30,445 nt of DNA from NCBI GenBank assembly GCA_035480475.1, contig DATIHS010000016.1:1-30445 (forward strand). Reading direction: 5' to 3'. The stretch comes from Patescibacteria group bacterium. Lineage in GTDB: Bacteria > Patescibacteriota > Saccharimonadia > Saccharimonadales > DATIHS01. The stretch's first letter is position 1, and each line of letters opens with the position of its first letter. The notes beneath the pieces are model-generated. The model made no database searches, was not told the origin of the DNA, and saw only the letters and a program-made list of their open reading frames with translations. Below, piece by piece: positions 1-6,891 of this stretch. The position numbers and the translations under genes are program-made.

Positions 1-412
1 AATTATTGAGTCCGCATGGGGTTATGCGACATATTTACGACCTTTTCTCATCCGTTAATTACAAATCAGTGTGGCAAAACTCAGAAGTCTTTTTAGGGGT
101 TTCTGCATAAAAATAGAGGCTTTTCTAACCTGTTAATTGCAAAACAGTATGCAGAAACTATTGGACTCTGCTAGGGTTTTTTCTACAAAATTGACACATT
201 TTGCTCTCTGTTAAAGCCAAAACAGTGTAAAAAAATTAAACCTAGTATTTGTATTGGCAAAGATACTTGGCATGTCAGCCCCACAGGGCCAGTGTGTGCG
301 GTTTTAAGGGGTTGGGTTGCATATCCCTCGGTCTGCTTGCCGATCAGGGCTTTTGCAGCCCCTTGCAAAACCCATTTAATATAAATTAGCACTAGCTTAA
401 TTGGCCATTTTT

Positions 413-421
413 TGGTATAAT
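413..421 (+). promoter_or_regulatory. Extended -10 promoter (TGGTATAAT) upstream of the small ORF and recombinase
   Basis: Perfect TATAAT at 416-421 with a TG extension, about 107 nt before the ATG at 529. Confidence 0.5.
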
Positions 422-528
422 GTAGGTAGAGTTGGATGAGTATTTGTACGATACTCATCCGTCACCTAAGCAAAGGTTAGACTAAATCAACTTAAACGGG
501 CATTGACCGAAAGGTTCTTGCCGGAATA

Positions 529-711
529 GTGATGAAGGATAACCTTTCTTTTATTATTGAGGCAGAAAACAAGAAGCTCATTAAGCCCAGGCTTAAAGAG
601 GCTGTTGTTAAGCAGAAAAAATTAACCAAGCGTGAACTACTAGAGTTGGCAAACTATTTATATTCACGTTACGAAACTACCAAAAAGCCCTTGAACATGA
701 GGCCTGACTGA
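529..711 (+). CDS. Small basic hypothetical protein (60 aa), candidate recombination directionality factor
   Basis: Lys-rich ORF with a helical C-terminal segment (KLTKRELLELANYLY), directly upstream of the recombinase. Positional analogue of 15681-15896. RDF role is inference. Confidence 0.5.
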   Translation: MMKDNLSFIIEAENKKLIKPRLKEAVVKQKKLTKRELLELANYLYSRYETTKKPLNMRPD

Positions 712-840
712 TCAATGAATGAAACGGGTACAAATCGTGGTAAACCAAGCAAATAATTTTATAGGTACTAAGGGCAGCTTCTGTAGCCATACCACATGGT
801 GTACCCTGGAAGCTGTCCTTCGTGCTTGTAAGGTGGCATT

Positions 841-2490
841 ATGACCCAAATCAAAGCTATCGTTAACGGCAGAGTTTCTACTCCCGATCAGCTAAAGAAC
901 AACAGCCTTGGCCGACAGGAGGAATCGGTAGAAATTGCTGCTGTTAAACTAGGTGCCGTTATTCCCGACGATGGTAGGTGGGCTGGTAGTGTCAGTAGTA
1001 AAGCTGGCACTAATGTAAAGCGAAAAGACCTGCTGGCAATGGTTGAATACTGTAAAAAACACAAAGACGTAAAGTATGCCATTTTTGATGAGTATGACCG
1101 CTATATGCGCAGCGTCAATGAAGGACCGTATTTTGAAGTTGTATTCCAGCAGCTGGGTGTGAAAGTTTGGTATGCCTCAGAGAGCGACCAGTTCAATGGA
1201 GATGACGCAATGGCTAAGTTTCAGCGAGCTATGAGTGCATACCGAGCAGAAGGAAGCAATGAAGAGCGTCAGCGCAAGTCCGTACATGGCCACGCAAAAG
1301 CTATACGAGAAGGTCGCCACACATTTCCAACCAAACCTGGCTACATAAAGGGTGAGATACCTGGCGTTAAGGTTCCTCACCCCGTCACATTTGAGCCGTT
1401 TCAGACCGCCCTTAGAGAAGTAATTAGCGGGCTTTACGCCCCAACCGAAGCATTAAAACGACTGAACAAGAGTGACTTCACCAAGGTTCATGCTCCCTGG
1501 TCTATGGACAAGTTCCGACAATTCGGTTGTGACCCCTACTACGCTGGCATTTTAGTTATGGACAAGCAGGTTCAAGAGCGCAACGAGTGTGGGCAACACG
1601 AACCAATGATAAGCCTTGAGGACCATGAAGAGTTGGTACGCATATTTACAGGTAAGTTCAAGCCACGAGGGGCAAAAAAGCAGTACAACCCAGACTTCCC
1701 AATGAACAAGGTTCTGGTTTGCGAAGACTGTGGAGGTGAAGTCAAATTCACTGGCTCCAAAAAAAGCAATGGTTATCACCGCAAAAACACCACCTATTAT
1801 TGGAAGTACGAGTGTCGAGGTTGCCACAAGTCATACCACCGCCACGAGGTACACGGCAAAATAACTGAGCGCCTAAACGAAATTCAATACACAGGCAAGC
1901 AACGACAGGAACTTATAGAAGCCTTAGCAACAGTATGGGGTCAGAAAAGGAAAGACAAGGTCCAACAGGTCAAGGCGCTAGAACAGCGTTCTGAGGTTCT
2001 ACAGCAAACCAAGTCAAAGCTGGTAGTTGAAATGGCGCAAGCAGACCCCGAATACAAGCAAGACCTGAAAGACGAAATTGACAAAATAAAAACGCAGATT
2101 GCCAATACTGAGACACTAGTTAGCCAGTCAGATGAGCTTCAAGAAGACTTGCTAGACTTCGTGAAGTTTGGACTGGAATACACCAATACACTAATGGACG
2201 ACTGGTGGAAGTTAGACCACGAGGAACGGGTGCAGTGCCAACAATTGATATTACCAGGCGGAATTTCGTTTAATTCACAGAAAAAAGTTGGCACCACCCA
2301 AATCTCGCCAATTTACACCTTACAGCCAAACAAAAAAGACCTTCGGATTGACCGAAAGTCCCTTATGGTGGAGCTGGCGGGTAATGCTCCCGCGTCCGCT
2401 AGCTTAAAAGTTAGTCTGTCCTACAGGCTTATGACATTTGACGTTGAGACCGATGGCATAATAAATGTCCAAAAAGCCAACGATCTTTAA
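841..2490 (+). CDS. Large serine recombinase (resolvase + recombinase + zinc-ribbon/coiled-coil); last 41 aa encoded by antisense tmRNA
   Basis: N-terminal GRVST catalytic motif, DRYMRS, CEDC...YECRGC zinc ribbon, then a long coiled coil. Confidence 0.92.
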   Translation: MTQIKAIVNGRVSTPDQLKNNSLGRQEESVEIAAVKLGAVIPDDGRWAGSVSSKAGTNVKRKDLLAMVEYCKKHKDVKYAIFDEYDRYMRSVNEGPYFEVVFQQLGVKVWYASESDQFNGDDAMAKFQRAMSAYRAEGSNEERQRKSVHGHAKAIREGRHTFPTKPGYIKGEIPGVKVPHPVTFEPFQTALREVISGLYAPTEALKRLNKSDFTKVHAPWSMDKFRQFGCDPYYAGILVMDKQVQERNECGQHEPMISLEDHEELVRIFTGKFKPRGAKKQYNPDFPMNKVLVCEDCGGEVKFTGSKKSNGYHRKNTTYYWKYECRGCHKSYHRHEVHGKITERLNEIQYTGKQRQELIEALATVWGQKRKDKVQQVKALEQRSEVLQQTKSKLVVEMAQADPEYKQDLKDEIDKIKTQIANTETLVSQSDELQEDLLDFVKFGLEYTNTLMDDWWKLDHEERVQCQQLILPGGISFNSQKKVGTTQISPIYTLQPNKKDLRIDRKSLMVELAGNAPASASLKVSLSYRLMTFDVETDGIINVQKANDL

Positions 2491-2746
2491 TCCGTTTGTC
2501 TTAGCGCTCCCTACGGATCAGTGAGGTGCGAGCGTCCTTGGAAATATGACATCACGGGACACTACCAAGGCGTCGTGTCCAGGATGCAATTCGTTCTTAG
2601 GCGAATTGAAGTGCTGGCTTTAGCGAAAACGCTGAAGCCAAGCGACTGACAAATGTCTTTGCATTTATTCAGGGTTTGCCTATAACGCTGACAAGCGGCC
2701 TGCTGAGCTAACTGTTAAGGTCCAACGTCGAGCTAAAATCAGCCCC
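2366..2746 (-). ncRNA. ssrA: tmRNA (381 nt)
   Basis: 5' GGGGCTG pairs with 3' CAGCTCC-A-CCA including the G3.U alanyl identity pair; T arm GCGGG/CCCGC; internal tag ORF after an AATAAAT-GCA resume context. Confidence 0.95.
2597..2662 (-). other. tmRNA tag reading frame AKTFVSRLASAFSLKPALQFA*
   Basis: Resume codon GCA at 2662-2660 after GAATAAAT; 21 sense codons, then TAA at 2599-2597. Confidence 0.8.
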
Positions 2747-2776
2747 ATATCGTGTCACCTCTGTTGTGACTATTGC

Positions 2777-2785
2777 ATTATACCA
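2777..2785 (-). promoter_or_regulatory. Extended -10 (TGGTATAAT) for ssrA
   Basis: Perfect TATAAT plus TG about 30 nt upstream of the mature 5' end; small leader hairpin GTCAC/GTGAC at 2754-2770. Confidence 0.55.
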
Positions 2786-2816
2786 CTTATGTCAATATTT
2801 TGCTAGGGGATATAGC

Positions 2817-4127
2817 TTAGTGTGTTGCGGCTTCAGAGCCCCAGTCTTCATGCAGCAAGTGAGCAGGCGCCCGGTAGATGATCAGGAATATCAGGCCGCC
2901 TGCGAGCACGGTAATACCGCCCGCGAGCACCGGCACGCTGACGCCAATTTCGGCCAAGTAACCACTCATGGCGGCCGGAATCGTTTGAGCCAGCGATTGC
3001 ACTGAGGCGTTAATGCCCAGCACTTCGCCCTGAATATGTTTATCGGCCGAAATGCTCACCAGGGCCGTAAGGTTGGCAATGGAGTTACCAAGGAAGAAGG
3101 CGAACACGGGGGTGATCCACAATAAGTGGGTCGTATTGCTCGCCAAGAGGTACATAAACAAGGTCAGGCCTGAGCCTATCACGCTGAATCGTACCACTTG
3201 GAATGGCCGCAAACGTTTGGCTAGTAGTGGCGTAAATATGGCCTGCGTAAGCGCAATCCAGATGCCCACAAACGCAAAGAAGTCACCTATATTGTTAGCC
3301 GAAAAGTGCAGCTTTTGGATGAGCATAACCTGAAAGAACGTTTGGAAGAAGGCAAAGCCGCCCCAGAACAAGAAAACCGTGGGAAAGACCACACGCAAAC
3401 CTGGATATGACATGGCAGTAATGATATTACGCACGGACTGGCTCACTTTAAGTTTCAGATGTTTCAGTTGCTTGTTGGTCTCAGGCAGGAGGGTAATGAT
3501 TAGTAAGAAGTTTATGGAGCTCAAGACAGCCGTAAACCAGAATGGCAGGGCCGGACTAAACCAATGGGGTGTCGTAAACAGGCCATAAACGTTAACGTGT
3601 GGTGAGCCAAGTTTGGCGCCTAAGTACGGACCGAGGACAAAGCCGAAACCGAACGCCGCACCAATGAGGGCAAAACGTTTGGCACGGTCTTTGGGAGGTG
3701 TGACATCAGCAATGACGGCTTGGGCGACACTTAAGTTTCCACCGGTAATACCATCGAGCGAACGGCTGAAGAAAAGCAACGGTATGTTTCTGGTAATAAT
3801 ACCAATCGCAAACAGTACATAACCCACTGCCGTACCAAAGATGCTAAAGCCCAAGATAGGCTTGCGACCGAAGCGGTCTGATAACTGGCCTAAAATAGGT
3901 GTGGATAGAAACTGCATAAACGGATAAATGGCCAGTAGCCAGCCCAACAGGATAAGGCCACCTTTATACGTCCAACCTGCCGGTAAAAGATAATAGGCGG
4001 AATGGGGGTTGGCCAACAGCTGGGGAATAATCGGGATCAAGATACCGACGCCTAAAACGTCCAGAAAAATAGTAAAGATAACTATCGGAAGGGCTTTGCC
4101 TTCCAGCCGACGTTTAATTGTATCCAT
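2817..4127 (-). CDS. MFS efflux transporter, DHA1/TetA-like
   Basis: Motif A GQLSDRFGRKP, antiporter motif C GAAFGFGFVLGP, about 12 hydrophobic segments; SD AAGGAGG inside the end of marR. Confidence 0.9.
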   Translation of the reverse strand: MDTIKRRLEGKALPIVIFTIFLDVLGVGILIPIIPQLLANPHSAYYLLPAGWTYKGGLILLGWLLAIYPFMQFLSTPILGQLSDRFGRKPILGFSIFGTAVGYVLFAIGIITRNIPLLFFSRSLDGITGGNLSVAQAVIADVTPPKDRAKRFALIGAAFGFGFVLGPYLGAKLGSPHVNVYGLFTTPHWFSPALPFWFTAVLSSINFLLIITLLPETNKQLKHLKLKVSQSVRNIITAMSYPGLRVVFPTVFLFWGGFAFFQTFFQVMLIQKLHFSANNIGDFFAFVGIWIALTQAIFTPLLAKRLRPFQVVRFSVIGSGLTLFMYLLASNTTHLLWITPVFAFFLGNSIANLTALVSISADKHIQGEVLGINASVQSLAQTIPAAMSGYLAEIGVSVPVLAGGITVLAGGLIFLIIYRAPAHLLHEDWGSEAATH

Positions 4128-4128
4128 T

Positions 4129-4617
4129 TTATGCGCCTCCTTTTAGTTTATGGCCTTTTAGTTGGTGGTGAAGGTCTTGACGGAAATTATCGCGCTGGCA
4201 GGCCGCGTCGTACAGCTTCGTCAGTGCTTCGTGCAGCTCGTTGAGCTGGCTTTCGCTGAGCCGTGCAAAGGTTGGCGAATGGTAGGTATTGAGTTCTTCA
4301 ATGGCACGTTCAGCGGCACGGACACCGGATTTGGAGAGCTTGGTGATATGTTCGCGTCGGTTCTCAGGCGTGACCCTCGTTTCTAGATAACCCTGCTTCT
4401 GTAACACTTTAATTTGGCGGGAAACACTGGCTTCAGTCTGGCCAAGCGCTTCGGCAATATGCTTTTGCAAGATGCTTGGGTGCCACTGTAGTATCATCAA
4501 AATTTTAAATTGCGATAACCCAATGCCGAGCTTATCCTGAAGGACTTGGTCAGATTGGCGGCCCAAACAAAAGGCAAGGCGTTGGATAAGGTAGCCGATG
4601 TTATTTGTAGGGCCCAT
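4129..4617 (-). CDS. MarR family transcriptional regulator
   Basis: SQFKIL...QKHIAEALGQTEASVSRQIKVLQKQGYL...NRR winged helix. Start moved to the ATG at 4617 because GAGGAG lies 7 nt upstream. Confidence 0.88.
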   Translation of the reverse strand: MGPTNNIGYLIQRLAFCLGRQSDQVLQDKLGIGLSQFKILMILQWHPSILQKHIAEALGQTEASVSRQIKVLQKQGYLETRVTPENRREHITKLSKSGVRAAERAIEELNTYHSPTFARLSESQLNELHEALTKLYDAACQRDNFRQDLHHQLKGHKLKGGA

Positions 4618-4636
4618 ATAAGTTCTCCTCAACAGT

Positions 4637-4670
4637 AGTATACTCGCATGATACTTAACACGTCAAGTAT
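4637..4670 (-). promoter_or_regulatory. marR promoter (TTGACG-18-TATACT) with overlapping palindromic operator 4651-4670
   Basis: ATACTTAACACGTCAAGTAT is 16/20 self-complementary and covers the -35 hexamer (4661-4666). Confidence 0.7.
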
Positions 4671-4690
4671 ATCGCTGCGAGGGCAGGGGA

Positions 4691-5488
4691 CTACACCAGG
4701 TTTTGCGCGCGACACACCATATAAAGAACATGCCATTGCTCAAGCGACAGGCGTTGGGCACGGGTACTGGGCTGGATGTAGGTTTCGGCCAACACCGTGG
4801 CGATGGCCGCTTTGTCAGCCCTAAGCCCACCGCTCAAGGAATTTAGGAGCGTTTTACGGCGGGCTGCAAAGCCCGCTTTGACGAGCCGGAAAAAGGCTTC
4901 AACATCAATACCAGGAAAGAGAGGCTGGACCCGACGTTTTAGGATAACCAACTCGGAATCAACTTTCGGTGGTGGTGTGAAGGCGCGGGCTGGGACTTCC
5001 AGCCCCAGACTGACTTCCCAATAAAACTGGGCGCTAACGGAGAGAAGTGACATGTCGCCGGGTTGGGCAGCCACCCGTTCGGCCACCTCTTTTTGGATAA
5101 GGATCACCACGCGTTCGGCACGGTTGGTGGTCTCGGACAATGTGCGGATCAAGTTACTGGTCAAATAGTATGGAATATTGGCCACAACCTTATAGTCCGG
5201 CGGTAAGGTTGTCAGGTCAAAAGACAGGATGTCCTGCTGGACAACCTTGAGGTTACTTGCGCCCAGGTTGCCCGGTAACGCCGCTGCCAGTTTGGCATCA
5301 AACTCAACCGCGACCACTTCCCTGGCCTGTTTTACGAGAAGTTCGGTCAAGGTACCACTGCCAGGGCCGATTTCCAGCACGGTGTCTTCTGGCTGGACTT
5401 CACCCGCATCACAGATAGCCTCCAGAATAGACCGGTCGGTTAACCAGTGTTGGCCCAGTTTTTTATTGGCAAATGGTAAGTCTCCCAT
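4691..5488 (-). CDS. rsmA: 16S rRNA m6,2A1518/A1519 dimethyltransferase
   Basis: KKLGQHWL, VLEIGPGSG SAM motif, VVANIPYYLT, QKEVAER, FTPPPKVDS, F..RRKTL. Confidence 0.97.
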   Translation of the reverse strand: MGDLPFANKKLGQHWLTDRSILEAICDAGEVQPEDTVLEIGPGSGTLTELLVKQAREVVAVEFDAKLAAALPGNLGASNLKVVQQDILSFDLTTLPPDYKVVANIPYYLTSNLIRTLSETTNRAERVVILIQKEVAERVAAQPGDMSLLSVSAQFYWEVSLGLEVPARAFTPPPKVDSELVILKRRVQPLFPGIDVEAFFRLVKAGFAARRKTLLNSLSGGLRADKAAIATVLAETYIQPSTRAQRLSLEQWHVLYMVCRAQNLV

Positions 5489-5546
5489 ATGCTTGCATTG
5501 TACCAGTAACCAGTGTTGGCCCGACCTATTTTACCGAGGCGAAGGG

Positions 5547-6800
5547 TTACCAGTTGTGGTAGGCCACCCAATGCTGGTAGGAGCCCGCCCAGCCACCGTA
5601 ACGGGAGGCGTAGCCGCTACACCACCTCAGCTGTGTGACCGGATTGGTTTGCCAATCAGCGCCTGCGGAGGCCATTTTGCTGCCCGGTGTTGATTGGCAC
5701 ATACCATAACCATAGCCATTTGGAATGTAGGCCGGTGCATAACCTGGGCACGCGCCCGGGTTGCCTTGGAGCTTAGTGGGGCACCAACCAGATTCGTGGC
5801 TGACAATATAGTCAACATAGGGGTAATCGCCTGAGCTAATGCCTGCGGCCGCCATAAGGCTACTGTGGTCGGGTGAGATATATATGGCTTTGCCGCGGGC
5901 AATGATCTGGGTCACTGGTGGCACCGTTATGACTTCTTGAATAATGTGACGGCCAGTTTCTTTGCCGTTTTGCAGGTCGAGCTGATATGTTACGAGTTTC
6001 TTGCCGGCACTACCCTGTTGACGAATGGCTGTGGTTCCAAAACTCAGGCTGGGGTCTTCAACGGTCTGGGTATCAACCGGTATGGCGACTTCAGAGGTCA
6101 CAATCTGGGTACCCGTGCGTGTGACAAAAACTGATAGGTTCGGCGTTAGGGGGGTTTTGGCATCTGGCTGGACGGAATCACCACTACCCAGTTTGATATT
6201 CTTCTCTTTTAAAAGGTCACCGACGGTTTTGGACCGGGTCCGAATGGTCGCTTGGGTGCCATAGAGGTTGAGGTTGGCAGGGGTCGCTCGATCAATGACA
6301 ATTTTTTCGCCAATGACCTGGTCTTTTAGGACGTTGGAGGAGACTTCTTGCTTGAGGTCATCTTCTGGATATACCTGAATGCCCACCTGGGCAGCCACAC
6401 TGCGCGGTGTCGTAGCAGCGCTGAGGGCCTGGACCCGTTTGTCACCGTCAAAAATGGTTACCGGCCGGGCACGGTAAACATTAATACGAAAGTTGTCGTT
6501 ATCTATTGGCGTATCACGTGAAGGTTCAACAATGTCACCGTCGTTCAAGTTAACCTTGGCGCGCACAAGGAAGTCGTTGACATCAATCGCCCGGGTCGGG
6601 ACAATTTGGCGCTTGCCATCAAGGGAAAGTTGCACGACGTGGGAGTCATTGGCACCAATTGTCTGGCCGCCAAGGATGACAGAAGCAAACATCGTACCAA
6701 AACTGAGGAAAATTAAAGTCACGACCGGTACGGCAAAGGGGTGCCGGTGAAATTCACGCGCCATCAGACGCTGCAGGAAGTTTGCTTTACGTTTGGCCAT
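5547..6800 (-). CDS. RpfB/YabE-like cell-wall protein: N-terminal TM, DUF348 repeats, G5 domain, C-terminal lytic transglycosylase-like domain
   Basis: TM at residues ~22-44; repeated ubiquitin-like TxA.TV...L...GI units; G5 segment GSAGKKLVTY...VTQIIARG; catalytic-type HESGW and NPVTQLRW..GY..RYG; classic position upstream of ksgA. Confidence 0.85.
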   Translation of the reverse strand: MAKRKANFLQRLMAREFHRHPFAVPVVTLIFLSFGTMFASVILGGQTIGANDSHVVQLSLDGKRQIVPTRAIDVNDFLVRAKVNLNDGDIVEPSRDTPIDNDNFRINVYRARPVTIFDGDKRVQALSAATTPRSVAAQVGIQVYPEDDLKQEVSSNVLKDQVIGEKIVIDRATPANLNLYGTQATIRTRSKTVGDLLKEKNIKLGSGDSVQPDAKTPLTPNLSVFVTRTGTQIVTSEVAIPVDTQTVEDPSLSFGTTAIRQQGSAGKKLVTYQLDLQNGKETGRHIIQEVITVPPVTQIIARGKAIYISPDHSSLMAAAGISSGDYPYVDYIVSHESGWCPTKLQGNPGACPGYAPAYIPNGYGYGMCQSTPGSKMASAGADWQTNPVTQLRWCSGYASRYGGWAGSYQHWVAYHNW

Positions 6801-6891
6801 AGGTGCTCACTAAGGTGATAATCAAAATAACAAAAACTCACCTGGTGAGCAGTTCTAATTTTAACAAATGTAAGCTAGGGCTTACCAATAT

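Larger units (their letters stand above)
1..2371 (+). mobile_element. Right part of a putative integrative element inserted at the tmRNA 3' end; left boundary probably outside the window
   Basis: Large serine recombinase abuts and reads into the tmRNA CCA end (ATGGTG at 2365). The layout (small ORF, recombinase, tRNA-like 3' end) matches the complete element at 13445-17393. No convincing left att copy in 1-840. Confidence 0.6.

Noticed and set aside
183-458. 91-aa minus-strand ORF
   Set aside because: No recognisable motif or SD; it overlaps the hairpin chain and a plus-strand promoter. Probably spurious.
796-801. ATGGTG as the left att site of element 1
   Set aside because: Only 6 bp match, the flanks on both sides pair with each other in one hairpin (not a junction), and no host terminator follows on the minus strand. 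Kept only as a possible pseudo-site.
2817-4127. Calling the MFS pump tetA (tetracycline resistance)
   Set aside because: The motifs define only the DHA1 family, the regulator is MarR rather than TetR, and substrate cannot be read from sequence.
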